Shown here: positions 1 to 9,822 of the stretch, in pieces
How the letters are laid out: every line of letters starts with the position of its first letter
How positions within the stretch are numbered: the first letter of the stretch is position 1
Virus record (IMG/VR): IMGVR_UViG_3300028591_005215
Span: 128,001-192,000 of that record
Reading direction: 5' to 3' (one strand)
Origin: a virus
Taxonomy: Duplodnaviria > Caudoviricetes
DNA length: 64,000 nt
Position numbers and translations under genes: made by a program
Notes under the pieces: generated by a model
What the model was told of the DNA's origin: nothing
The model's input: the letters and a program-made list of their open reading frames with translations, nothing else
The model's database searches: none

Positions 1-325
1 GAATTTTAATATTGTTTGATTTTTGATGCTTATTGATGAATAAAGATTCAAATTCATTTAAACCAAATGCAGACCATTTTCCATTTAAAGAGTATTCAAC
101 TCTTGTATTAACATTTACTGTTCTTGGTAGTATTGCGTTAATTTTATTACGTTCAAATAATTCAAAATTGTTTTCGTCAACAACACTACTCATAGGTGCA
201 GTAAATAATGGCAACATTCCATTGTAAAATGGACAACATTCATTTCTATGTTTTATGTCACTAACAATTGATGGCACAATTGCTATGTCATTATAGCAAT
301 ATTTAATTTCTTTATTTATCGCCAT
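1..325 (-). CDS. IMPDH/GMP reductase family protein, N-terminal part (runs off window start)
   Basis: Not in ORF track. Manual translation from ATG 325 gives MAINKEIKYCYNDIAIVPSIVSDIKHRNEC...LPLFTAPMSSVVD, resembling the IMPDH/GMPR N-terminal 'D(V/I)L(L/I)VP...SR...P(L/I)xxAPMDTV' pattern. Frame is open to position 1. Confidence 0.7.
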   Translation of the reverse strand, partial: MAINKEIKYCYNDIAIVPSIVSDIKHRNECCPFYNGMLPLFTAPMSSVVDENNFELFERNKINAILPRTVNVNTRVEYSLNGKWSAFGLNEFESLFINKHQKSNNIKI

Positions 326-827
326 ATATTTTTCTATTTCGTTTTACAACCCAATTAATATTAGCAGGTTTACCGTTTACTGTTTTAATATTAAAAACAT
401 TACAATCAATTCGCATACCACCTTCTGTTAAGCCAGATACAATTACACAACTAATAATTCTATCAATTTTAATATTGATATTACTACCAGTAAAAGTACT
501 TAGCGAAATATTATCCCCAATTTTTAATGTTCGCTCATTAAGTAAAATATTGTTGTCTATAAAATATCGCCACTTTCTCATTATTTGTTTACATCGTGGG
601 TATTGTACATAAAAATATGTACCACCATAAGGAAACCCTAATAAACCAGGTATTACATTTCTAAGGCCACAATATTTTACTTTGGCAATAAAAAATTCAT
701 CAAATGAAGTAGGGAGTTTTATTAATGATTTTGAATTTTTATTTAAAGTATCATTTACTGATACTACTATTGAATTGTAGATTTTTTCTTTCTTGCAAAA
801 TCTTAAGAATATTTGTTTTAATGTCAT
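312..827 (-). CDS. hypothetical protein
   Basis: 171 aa ORF co-directional with its neighbours; no recognisable motif. Confidence 0.6.
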   Translation of the reverse strand: MTLKQIFLRFCKKEKIYNSIVVSVNDTLNKNSKSLIKLPTSFDEFFIAKVKYCGLRNVIPGLLGFPYGGTYFYVQYPRCKQIMRKWRYFIDNNILLNERTLKIGDNISLSTFTGSNINIKIDRIISCVIVSGLTEGGMRIDCNVFNIKTVNGKPANINWVVKRNRKIYGDK

Positions 828-836
828 AATATTTAA

Positions 837-1466
837 TTATTCTCCCGTAGAACCATGTCCACCTTCTCCACGGGAAGTTTCACTTAATTCTTTAACAATC
901 TCAAAATTAACATCAGGATAAGGCAAAACAACCATTTGGCCTATTCTTTTACCAACCTCATATGGTGCAAATTCAAGATTACGTGTCATTTCAATGATAC
1001 GTTCTTTAGCCTTTTCAGCTTCATTATTTGCCTTTTTAAGTACTTTATTAAATCTTAGAACATTGAAAGGGTTAGTTAACTGTTTGGCGATTGATTTCAT
1101 AAAAGCCTTATTAGCAACTGTTTCAGCTCTTTGGTATGTTGATGTTCTTGATTTAAAGCACCACAAGATTTCACCACGATATAATGTAGAATCTACAATT
1201 CCAACTGAATTAGTTAAATAACAATCTGTTTTTCTGTTTGAAGACCTTGGAAACATAAAAACGCCAAAACCTTTGTCAGTTTCAAATGTAATACCTGTAT
1301 GATAGATATAGCAATCCATTTTTTCATCCCATTCTACTGAAATTGCTGTTATATCCATACCAACATCACCTTCATTAACACCATCATCAGTTACATGCGC
1401 ATATGTTGGAATTACTGCCTTTTCATCAAGTTTTTTAATCTTAACGTTAATCGTTTTTCTACTCAT
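837..1466 (-). CDS. dut: trimeric dUTPase with ~60 aa insertion
   Basis: Motifs I GMDI, II PRSS, III GIVDSTLYRGEI, IV RIGQMV and V RGEGGHGSTG. Confidence 0.95.
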   Translation of the reverse strand: MSRKTINVKIKKLDEKAVIPTYAHVTDDGVNEGDVGMDITAISVEWDEKMDCYIYHTGITFETDKGFGVFMFPRSSNRKTDCYLTNSVGIVDSTLYRGEILWCFKSRTSTYQRAETVANKAFMKSIAKQLTNPFNVLRFNKVLKKANNEAEKAKERIIEMTRNLEFAPYEVGKRIGQMVVLPYPDVNFEIVKELSETSRGEGGHGSTGE

Positions 1467-1475
1467 ATAATGTTT

Positions 1476-2048
1476 TTATCGTTTTTTATTAATTGCCTGT
1501 AAATATGTCATTTCGTTTGCTTGCCTTACAATTGATGCAAGTTGACTTGCATGCCAACGTGCTTGGTCATCACTTAAATCCCTATCATTAATTGTCATAG
1601 CTTCAGCTTCTTCAGGTGTGAATTTAATTCCAAATGATTGAGCTAACACTAAAGAATGCAAACCTGTTCTGATTGAAGGTTGTGTTGAATCATATTTATA
1701 AATCAAACCACGTTTCTCAATCTCATAAGGATTATCATTAGGGATAAGTCTTACCGCCTTTGCAATTTGGTGTAGTAAACAAACTTTAACTAATGTTTCC
1801 TGATTAACTCTTGCGTCTTCAGCAAATAAACCGTTAAGTTTGACTGCAAAAATTGTAAGTACTTTAAGAATAACTTCTATTAATGTACCATCGCCACAAA
1901 GTCCGTCACCTTTTTCGTTTGAAATTGAAAAACTTGCGTTTTTAAGTTTTTCACCAATTGTTTCAACTAATTGGTCAGTTTCAATACCTAATTGATTTAG
2001 TTTCTTGATAAATAAATCAAAATTGTGTTGTTTAAGTTCTTCTGTCAT
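1476..2048 (-). CDS. HD-domain-like protein with degenerate metal site
   Basis: LVKVCLLHQIAK resembles hhLLHDhGK, and there is a downstream EAEAM helix. Start moved to ATG 2048 (MTEEL) because a promoter overlaps the longer ORF. Confidence 0.6.
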   Translation of the reverse strand: MTEELKQHNFDLFIKKLNQLGIETDQLVETIGEKLKNASFSISNEKGDGLCGDGTLIEVILKVLTIFAVKLNGLFAEDARVNQETLVKVCLLHQIAKAVRLIPNDNPYEIEKRGLIYKYDSTQPSIRTGLHSLVLAQSFGIKFTPEEAEAMTINDRDLSDDQARWHASQLASIVRQANEMTYLQAINKKR

Positions 2049-2092
2049 ATCTTTTAACTTAAAATTGAATAATATTTTTTCCAAATACAATG

Positions 2093-2124
2093 CAAATATA
2101 CATAAAATTATTGGTAAAAGCAAA
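2093..2124 (-). promoter_or_regulatory. Bacteroidota sigmaA-type promoter (-33 TTTG / -7 TAnnTTTG)
   Basis: Minus strand TTTG (2124-2121), 20 nt spacer, TATATTTG (2100-2093), upstream of the HD/dUTPase operon. Confidence 0.7.
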
Positions 2125-2146
2125 TAAATGTTAAATAGATTTTTCT

Positions 2147-2305
2147 TTCTTTATATATTTCTTTCTTTATATAATATTATTTATATAATAATAAAAAAAT
2201 AAAATAATATTATATTATATATTACATGATATTTAATAAAATATTTACATGATATATTACATGATATTTAATAAAATATTTAAAAAAGAAGAAATATATA
2301 AAGAA
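2147..2305. repeat. AT-rich inverted plus direct repeat array (candidate replication origin)
   Basis: Perfect 17 bp inverted repeat (2147-2163 / 2289-2305) flanks a 31 bp direct repeat (2217-2247, 2252-2282) in a divergent intergenic region. Confidence 0.75.
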
Positions 2306-2676
2306 GAAATGAATTGCTGTGCAGGTATGCAAACAGCAAAACAGTTGAAATTTAAATGTAATTAAAGAAAAAATAATAAAAAATAATGTTACTTCCAATT
2401 TAATGAAATTATACTATAGATTCTGTTAACGTTCAAGAATACAAATTATTCAAAAAATAATTAAATTCATGTAAAGAGATTTGCGCCACATAGCTTAATG
2501 AACTATTAATAGAATACTTTCTAGTCTTAATTAAAAGATAAGTTCAAGTTATAAAAAAGAAATGTGAAATTACAAAGATAATTTAAAAGGAAATCTTTCA
2601 TGATTTCCTTTTTTTGTTACTTCATCTATTGATTTATTCAATTTATTTCTTATTTTTTAAATAAATGTTACATTAG

Positions 2677-3909
2677 ATGGATAAAAAGATAAAAATGTTG
2701 GTTATTCCCAGTGACACTACGGGCGTTGGCAGGTTCCGTTCGGTAAGCCCTCATACTTATATTGCAGAACACTATAAAGACGAGTTTGATATAGATATTA
2801 TGTACATTAACGATATACCTGTAGGTGATTTGGAAAATTTTTTCAAACAATACGACTTGATTCATATTCATAAGCAACTTGACAAGGGGTTGGAACTTAT
2901 GAATTTAATTAAATTTTTAGGCATCCCTGTAATTGTTGATGTTGATGACCATTATTATCTTGGTAATGACCACCCTATGAGTCTTTCAGCAAAAAAAGAA
3001 AAGTGGCATGAACCAATTATTAAACATTTGGAAGCTGCTGATTATGTATCTACAACAACACCAATTTTCGCAAAAGAACTGAAAAAACATAATAAAAATG
3101 TTTTAGTATTTCCTAATGCAATTGACCCTACTGAAAAACAGTATAGCCCTGAAAAGAATAAATCTGACTTATTGAGAGTTGGTCTTATCTGTGGTTCATC
3201 ACATTTACACGATGTTGAACTTTTGAAAGGCGTTTCAGAAACTGCAAAACCTGGTTCTGGTGTTCAATTAGTTCTATGCGGTTTTGACACAAATGGTACA
3301 AGAACAATTTATCATAATGATACAGGGCAAGTTGAAAGAAGGCCTATTTTGCCACAAGAATCTGTGTGGTTTGAATATGAAAAGATTATCACAAATAATT
3401 ACAAATACATTTCACCTGAACATCGTGATTTCTTGTTGAAATTTATGAAGGGTGTTGATGACCCATTTGTAAATGAACCATATAGAAGAATGTGGACAAG
3501 AGACATTAACTCATACGCAACACACTACCAAAATGTAGACGTACTGTTAGCACCTTTGAAGGAAAATGAATTTAATAAAATGAAGTCACAGCTTAAAGAA
3601 ATTGAAGCTGGATTTACTAATACTGCATTAATTGCACAAAACTTTGGTGCTTACACATTGGACTTGACACCATTTAAGAAATTTGGTGGGGAAATTGATG
3701 AAAATGGAACTGCATTACTTGTAGATAGTAGAAAAAACCACAAAGATTGGAAAAAGAATATTGAATTTTTAGCGGCTAATCCTGAATATGTAAATAAATT
3801 GAAAAATAATTTGCATAATTTGGTTAAAGATAAGTATTCACTTGAAACTGTATGCAAGCAAAGAGTTGAAGCATATAGGAAGATAGTTCAAGAACACGAA
3901 GAGCTCTAA
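2677..3909 (+). CDS. GT-B fold glycosyltransferase (GT4-like)
   Basis: GVGRFR, VDVDD, VSTTTPIFA, VFPNAID, G-S-SHLHD, DVLLAPL...FN.MKSQLK.IEAG. Confidence 0.85.
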   Translation: MDKKIKMLVIPSDTTGVGRFRSVSPHTYIAEHYKDEFDIDIMYINDIPVGDLENFFKQYDLIHIHKQLDKGLELMNLIKFLGIPVIVDVDDHYYLGNDHPMSLSAKKEKWHEPIIKHLEAADYVSTTTPIFAKELKKHNKNVLVFPNAIDPTEKQYSPEKNKSDLLRVGLICGSSHLHDVELLKGVSETAKPGSGVQLVLCGFDTNGTRTIYHNDTGQVERRPILPQESVWFEYEKIITNNYKYISPEHRDFLLKFMKGVDDPFVNEPYRRMWTRDINSYATHYQNVDVLLAPLKENEFNKMKSQLKEIEAGFTNTALIAQNFGAYTLDLTPFKKFGGEIDENGTALLVDSRKNHKDWKKNIEFLAANPEYVNKLKNNLHNLVKDKYSLETVCKQRVEAYRKIVQEHEEL

Positions 3910-4022
3910 TAGCTAAATAATTTTTTAAAACAAGAAGTTAATAATGAACAAAGCTAAACTTTGTTCATGTTTTAGCATACTGCATGATTTAAATATTTTA
4001 TTTAACTTTTTTAACAAAAATT

Positions 4023-4055
4023 AAGGGTGCAGTTTTTTACTACACCCTTTTATTT
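4023..4055. terminator. bidirectional intrinsic terminator
   Basis: aagggtgcag...ctacaccctttt hairpin between convergent genes. Confidence 0.65.
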
Positions 4056-6029
4056 TCAATATTTATTATTTTTCTTTTCAAATTTATAGTTTCTAACTAT
4101 ATTACCATATTCAATAGGACAATTATAAAATTTAAACGACCTTAAATACCCTATAAATGTGCCTGCAAAATTCTTCTCTAATGGGTAAACTTTAGTTGGG
4201 TTAATCATATAATTAGGTAAAATTGTTTCAGCCAACCCCTGTGTTCCACCTCCTAAAGAAATGTTATAAGGAACGCCTTCTTGTTTTTCGTAAGGCTCAT
4301 TTAATTCCCTAAGATTTATTTTTGGCAATGATTTTGTGATATACACTAATTTACCATCAACATAGAAATACATTTTCATTGTGTTTGACGAAGGGATTAC
4401 CTTAACGTGTATTGTCTGCCATTCACAATCTTTTATAACATTAGGGAAAGAATAACCTTCCTCTATGGATGTTTTATCATCACCACTTATTGTACAATCT
4501 ACAGTTAATAATCTATAGCCTATTTTGCCATCATCAGTTATTCTAAATGCAAGTGCATTGTTATATATATCATCATACAATTCTGACATATTGTACTCTG
4601 AATTAGCTGATTCACGTATATTTTCAATGCTATCTACTGTGTACCCTGTACAAGTTCTATTCATCAAGATAAAAAGATTTCCTTTAAATCTATTTTTTCT
4701 GCCATACATTTCAAATTGTGTACCTTCTACCCAATTATCTACTGTGTACCCTGTACAAGTTCTATTGAATGTTATAAATTTATTATCAGTTGTGAACAAT
4801 ATTTCTTGGTGAAGCATTCTTATGCTTAATTCATTATCAGTTTTATAGTCAAAATAAGTGATGTCCATTTCTGGCTCTATATAATCTCTACCATCATCTA
4901 ATCCGTCAAAATCTGATATTAAGCCATCTTCTCCGAAGAATTCTTCATTATTAACATTATCGCAATTATTTACATTGTTGGTGTTAAAAGTTTCTTTAAT
5001 GCACCCACAGCTTGAACATTGGCATCCTCTATAATATGCCCTTGATTTGGTAATATTTTTTGATTTTGAAGAATCACAACAATTGCAGCCTATAATATCG
5101 TGAGGTAGTTCTTCATTTATAACTTTAGGCTGTACAGAAAAATCAATAAAATCCTCAAGTCCAAAATATTCATCTTCACAATCTTTTTCATATAATTTTT
5201 CATCATAATAATTATAATTTAAAAAATTATCAAGATTAAATTCATCTATATATTCAGGATTTGGGTCATAGAAATTACCAATAATATAATCGTCTTTATC
5301 AATGTGTGCGTCTTCAACATAGTCATCTGGTGATAAAGCTTCGCATTCATCTTCTTTTTTATAAAGATAAGACCATTTATTTTCAGCCCTTGTCCCTATA
5401 TAGAAAAATATACCTTTATTTTCAGGATATTTATCATTTAAAGTTTTGTTGGATTCCTTTTCTAAGTCACATTTTTTTAATTGAAATTCAAATTCCCAAG
5501 GTGAATCTTCTGATAAATTAGATGGTAAGACTTGATATTTATCACATTGCGTTTTGAAAAAACCTTGGTAAAATCCACCATTTAGTTTAACTTGACATTT
5601 TTCCAAATGTAACGGATATTCATATTGTAATGTATTTCCACTTACAGCGTGTAATTTAAGCCTATTGTCATCCTCATCAATTCTCCATGGGTTATTTTGA
5701 TAAAGTTCCCAAAATTCTTTATTAGAAACTCTATCTTTTCTAAATTGGAATAACCCGTTATCTAAACCAGTGTAAGATATGTTGTACATTGTGTTGCCTA
5801 TAGACACACTATTTTCCCATGTGTAGTTATTTGTACTTAGAATCCAAGTATCACCGCTAACGCAATCATCATTACATATGTCAATATAAGCGCATAAGCA
5901 ATCATCATATAGCCCATTACTGAAATTATAATGAGAATATCTATCTTTATCAACAAAGAAATCCCAATATTCATCTTTGTCAATCATCAGTTTTAAATTG
6001 TGAAGGTTATTTTGCTTTAGATTAGACAT
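4056..6029 (-). CDS. putative virion protein with LamG/ConA-like beta-sandwich
   Basis: 657 aa. C-terminal MYFYVDGKLV...ISLGGGTQGL...FIGYLRSFKFY is a LamG-like pattern; acidic/Cys-rich middle. Confidence 0.55.
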   Translation of the reverse strand: MSNLKQNNLHNLKLMIDKDEYWDFFVDKDRYSHYNFSNGLYDDCLCAYIDICNDDCVSGDTWILSTNNYTWENSVSIGNTMYNISYTGLDNGLFQFRKDRVSNKEFWELYQNNPWRIDEDDNRLKLHAVSGNTLQYEYPLHLEKCQVKLNGGFYQGFFKTQCDKYQVLPSNLSEDSPWEFEFQLKKCDLEKESNKTLNDKYPENKGIFFYIGTRAENKWSYLYKKEDECEALSPDDYVEDAHIDKDDYIIGNFYDPNPEYIDEFNLDNFLNYNYYDEKLYEKDCEDEYFGLEDFIDFSVQPKVINEELPHDIIGCNCCDSSKSKNITKSRAYYRGCQCSSCGCIKETFNTNNVNNCDNVNNEEFFGEDGLISDFDGLDDGRDYIEPEMDITYFDYKTDNELSIRMLHQEILFTTDNKFITFNRTCTGYTVDNWVEGTQFEMYGRKNRFKGNLFILMNRTCTGYTVDSIENIRESANSEYNMSELYDDIYNNALAFRITDDGKIGYRLLTVDCTISGDDKTSIEEGYSFPNVIKDCEWQTIHVKVIPSSNTMKMYFYVDGKLVYITKSLPKINLRELNEPYEKQEGVPYNISLGGGTQGLAETILPNYMINPTKVYPLEKNFAGTFIGYLRSFKFYNCPIEYGNIVRNYKFEKKNNKY

Positions 6030-6142
6030 TATACTATCATTTTTAATATTTTAGTTTTTTTAACTTATTCAATTTAATTCGTGAAATTAGTCTTCAATAA
6101 TTTTATTAATTCCACTAATTATCACAGTCTATTTACTATTTA

Positions 6143-6154
6143 ATAAATATTTAT
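6143..6154. promoter_or_regulatory. palindromic putative late promoter ATAAATATTTAT between divergent genes
   Basis: Carries ATATTTAT on both strands, between starts at 6029(-) and 6175(+). Confidence 0.45.
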
Positions 6155-6174
6155 TTTATAATAAAAGGCATGGT

Positions 6175-6432
6175 ATGAAAGTAATTAAATTAACTGAATC
6201 ACAGTTCCGTAGACTATTGGAATCTGACGATAGTGCACCTTCTTTTGATGGTGGCGATGTAACTGAATACAATTCTGGGGAAAAGGTTACAAATTCAGCT
6301 TCAGTGCATGATACTGATGGAAATATTAAATTTGGTAAAGAGCCTGACACTGACGATGTCGCAAATCAATTATCTGCGCAACAATGGTACGCTAATGGAA
6401 CAACAAATAATAATCACGCATTAAATTATTAA
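6175..6432 (+). CDS. small leader-tagged protein
   Basis: N-terminus MKVIKLTESQFRRLLESDD, a member of the shared leader family. Confidence 0.7.
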   Translation: MKVIKLTESQFRRLLESDDSAPSFDGGDVTEYNSGEKVTNSASVHDTDGNIKFGKEPDTDDVANQLSAQQWYANGTTNNNHALNY

Positions 6433-6433
6433 T

Positions 6434-7807
6434 ATGGCTCTTTTTATAGATGAAGCAGTAGATGACAAACTTAGTAAAAAAACTACTGTTATACCAAAAA
6501 ATATACATAATCTTGTTTTAAAGGTTAAAGGTGAATACGGTAATAATACAACACAAGACGGTTACAAAACAGTTAACCGCCTTTTAGACGCTTCTTACAA
6601 TAAAGGGAAGAAAAGAAAAGATGGCATTTCAGCAAAAGATGATAATGAACCTAAGTTAGATAAAAAAGATGGGCTTGTAAAATTTCCAACGTCAGCAGCA
6701 CGTAAAATGGTAATTGATTTGAAAAAAGAAAAGAATTTCATTGACCCACAAGCAAAACAACAGATTATAAATTATTTGGCAACTGATGTCAAATCTAAAG
6801 AAAGTGCTGTAAAAAATAATAATAATGTTCCACAAGTCCCAAAGCTTGCAAAGCCACCAAAGGCTAAACAAGAAAAAACAGCAAGTTCTATTAAAGTTGG
6901 CAACGCTAATGTAAACTTACATGAAACAAAAAGGAAAAAAATTATTATACCTGAATCAAAACTTATCATATTAAAAGAACATAAAGACCAATTAAATATT
7001 CCATTTAATCATGATACGGAAAATTATGATTATAAAGAAAATTGGGAACATTATATAGATTTTCTTGAAGAGTATGGGAAATATGGGCAATTACCACATT
7101 CGCAATGTGACGTAAGTGATGTTCGGGATAAGATTGCAGACATTTTACCAAATGTTTTAGATGAATTAGTTGGAGGTGAGGAAGGAATGTATAATGAATT
7201 AAGGCAAGAAGACTTTATATACGAAATGCTTAACGATGGGTATAGCGAAGAATACGTATCAATGGAAGACTTTGATGATTTTAATCCTGAAGAAATGAGT
7301 GCAGATGAATATCTTAGAGACTTTGATACGAATGACGTGTTTAGTAGCCTAAATAGAACAGGTGAAGAAGCATATGAAGATTATGTATATGAATTTTTTA
7401 AACACAGATTAGGTGAATATGGCTTCCCTTATTCTTTAACATACAACAATAGAGGGTTAATCTATGTTGAAAGAGCTATCAGTGTTAACGGGCTAATGAA
7501 AAGGCAGAAAACTAACCCATTTATTGGTAAATATGATTCAGTAGGCGAATATTGGACTTGGGATAATGGAAATAGTGAACCTTATTGTGGCGGTCAAGGA
7601 ACAACTGTAACACTTAAAGGTTGGGTTGACCCGTCAGAAGTTGATTGGTATCATACATTATACGTAAATATGTATGACTTAAATGAAGAAAAAGAACTTT
7701 ACATACCAAATGCTAACGTAGAAATTGTTTCAGTAACAATTTACGATGGGGCAACTGGTAAAGATAAATCATTTGGCTTGCAAAAACCTATAATTATTAA
7801 AGCATAA
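6434..7807 (+). CDS. multi-domain protein with internal leader and C-terminal ADP-ribosyltransferase-like domain
   Basis: Internal NLHETKRKKIIIPESKLIILKE. C-terminal IYVERAI...GEYWTWD...EPY...VDW..T...EEKELYI is an R-S/T-E ART-like pattern. Confidence 0.5.
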   Translation: MALFIDEAVDDKLSKKTTVIPKNIHNLVLKVKGEYGNNTTQDGYKTVNRLLDASYNKGKKRKDGISAKDDNEPKLDKKDGLVKFPTSAARKMVIDLKKEKNFIDPQAKQQIINYLATDVKSKESAVKNNNNVPQVPKLAKPPKAKQEKTASSIKVGNANVNLHETKRKKIIIPESKLIILKEHKDQLNIPFNHDTENYDYKENWEHYIDFLEEYGKYGQLPHSQCDVSDVRDKIADILPNVLDELVGGEEGMYNELRQEDFIYEMLNDGYSEEYVSMEDFDDFNPEEMSADEYLRDFDTNDVFSSLNRTGEEAYEDYVYEFFKHRLGEYGFPYSLTYNNRGLIYVERAISVNGLMKRQKTNPFIGKYDSVGEYWTWDNGNSEPYCGGQGTTVTLKGWVDPSEVDWYHTLYVNMYDLNEEKELYIPNANVEIVSVTIYDGATGKDKSFGLQKPIIIKA

Positions 7808-7850
7808 ACTATTTATTATTAAAATAAAATATTTAAAATTTATATAAATT

Positions 7851-8264
7851 ATGTCAACAATTAATGAAAACGGACAGACTTGTCTTGAAACAAGGGGTAT
7901 TACCGAAAGACAAAATGAAATTGTACGTTCAGATTACAATATTGAAGACCAATATAGTGCAACACATAAAGATGCTTTAAGTGATGGTGACGCACTTGGT
8001 AAAGGTACAGGACATGGTGGCCATACGGCTTGGTTACCTGACTGTTCTAAACCAACAAATATGATTGATTATTCTAATTTTGATACAAGTAATGGCGGTG
8101 GCCTTTATGATATTGAGGGCAGAAATGATATTGGTGGCCGTAAAAAAGCTATGGCTTCACAATTGTACAATGAAGAAAATCAATATAGCGCTGGTTTAAT
8201 AAGCACTGCTGAAAATGTGGCAGACGGACAATATTTCATTGGCCAAACAACAAAACATCTATAA
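7851..8264 (+). CDS. hypothetical Gly-rich (probable virion) protein
   Basis: 137 aa, GKGTGHGGH; preceded by ACTATTTAT motif at 7808. Confidence 0.65.
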   Translation: MSTINENGQTCLETRGITERQNEIVRSDYNIEDQYSATHKDALSDGDALGKGTGHGGHTAWLPDCSKPTNMIDYSNFDTSNGGGLYDIEGRNDIGGRKKAMASQLYNEENQYSAGLISTAENVADGQYFIGQTTKHL

Positions 8265-8279
8265 TTTAAAGTATAAAGC

Positions 8280-9056
8280 ATGAGTTTGAACCTATACGAC
8301 ATACTTAACAATGTATTAAACGAATCAGTCAATCAAAATAGTGTAATAAATGCGATTGATTCAAAAAATCGTGTCTTTATAGATTATAGTGATGAAGATA
8401 ATAATGCCCCAGGTAGAAGGTTAATAGAACCTTATGCCTTGGGTGTTACTAAAGCAGGAAATTTAGCATTAAGAGCTTTCCAATATCAAGGAGCTACTTT
8501 ACGTGGTGTGCCTAAATGGAAACTATTTAGACTTGATAGAATTAATAAATGGACTCCTCTTAAATCACATTTTAACTTGCCACCTAATGAACAAGGATTT
8601 GATTCGCCTGCTTATAATGAACGTGGGGATAATACGTTAGTAAGTGTGATTAAGCAAGTAAGCTTTGGTAAGAATGATTATTTATACCAACCTTCACTTG
8701 ACAAAGAAAGAAAAAGAACTGACATGGTTAAAAACCATGCAAATGCAATGGACTTAAGTAATTTGGAAGCAATGCCTAAAGGTCCAATTGTGCAAAAGAA
8801 AAACAATATTTTTACTTCAAGGCCTAATAGTAAAAAATATGCCGAATATAGAAAAAATGTTATGAACACACAAAGGGATGCAACAGAAACTGAAAAGTAT
8901 TGGGGTGACTATGATAAGGCAGAACAAGAAAGAATAAATCAGCAGATTCAAAATAAAGAGGATGATGAAATGAATAATTATCGTGGTCCTGTGAAAGATT
9001 TTGATGATGATGAAAATGATTACGAAAATTTTATAAAAAATGGCAGCGGCAGATAA
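8280..9056 (+). CDS. stand-alone WYL domain protein
   Basis: IDY...RRLIEPYALG...LRAFQ...WKLFRLDRI is the WYL signature; no HTH seen. Confidence 0.8.
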   Translation: MSLNLYDILNNVLNESVNQNSVINAIDSKNRVFIDYSDEDNNAPGRRLIEPYALGVTKAGNLALRAFQYQGATLRGVPKWKLFRLDRINKWTPLKSHFNLPPNEQGFDSPAYNERGDNTLVSVIKQVSFGKNDYLYQPSLDKERKRTDMVKNHANAMDLSNLEAMPKGPIVQKKNNIFTSRPNSKKYAEYRKNVMNTQRDATETEKYWGDYDKAEQERINQQIQNKEDDEMNNYRGPVKDFDDDENDYENFIKNGSGR

Positions 9057-9822
9057 TATTACAACATTAGATAATTCGGCATTTGCAAGAATAAAACAAA
9101 ATGCAAGAAATAGTAAAGCAAGAAAACTAATACACGAAGATGCTAAAAATGATGCTCATATAATTGCTGAAAGACAAAAAGAAAGAAGCAATTTTCTTAA
9201 ATCTTCAAATTCGCTTGCTAACGATGCTTTTGATTCTATGGAAGACAGTTATGCCACTTCAACTAATAAAATGCAGCAGGGGCAAATTAACGAAGAAATA
9301 GGGGCAGCTGGATTACAGTATGACCAAATGCTTCAACAAAGAATGGCCAAATTACAGCAAAGTATGAATAATCAAGTTCAGAATACAATGAACAGTGGCC
9401 TTGGGCTTATACAGCAAAATAGAATTGTTGAAGATGCACCTAAAGCAAGTAATTTTCTTCCGAAAGAAATTCTTGAACAGTTTAAAAGTAATCCTATTGA
9501 CACTGAAGTATTAAGTCCAAATAAACCTGTTCTTGATACAATTGGTGCTACAAATGGCTATGTGAATGAACGCCAAATGACTCAAGAGACAACTACCAAT
9601 AATGGAATTGACTATAATATGATACAAAATATAGTTGAAACGGCAGTAAAAAAATATGCAAAGGCTTTGAATAAATCTTTACTAAATGAAAATAAAACTT
9701 CAAATGGTAGCAATAATTTAAAAGCAATGAAAATTGGCAATAAATTTAGTTTTATTTCGGAAAATGGTGACGTTTATGAAGCTGTTTTAAAATTTAAGGG
9801 TAATATTAATAGTAAAAAATAG
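9040..9822 (+). CDS. hypothetical protein (possible head core/scaffold-like)
   Basis: 260 aa, Q/N-rich helical, many [ILV]xE sites (IHE, INE, IVE, VNE, LNE). Confidence 0.6.
   Translation: MAAADNITTLDNSAFARIKQNARNSKARKLIHEDAKNDAHIIAERQKERSNFLKSSNSLANDAFDSMEDSYATSTNKMQQGQINEEIGAAGLQYDQMLQQRMAKLQQSMNNQVQNTMNSGLGLIQQNRIVEDAPKASNFLPKEILEQFKSNPIDTEVLSPNKPVLDTIGATNGYVNERQMTQETTTNNGIDYNMIQNIVETAVKKYAKALNKSLLNENKTSNGSNNLKAMKIGNKFSFISENGDVYEAVLKFKGNINSKK

Noticed and set aside
2217-2282. CRISPR array
   Set aside because: Only two copies separated by 4 nt with no unique spacers. Other repeats in the window are in-frame coding repeats, and no cas genes are present.
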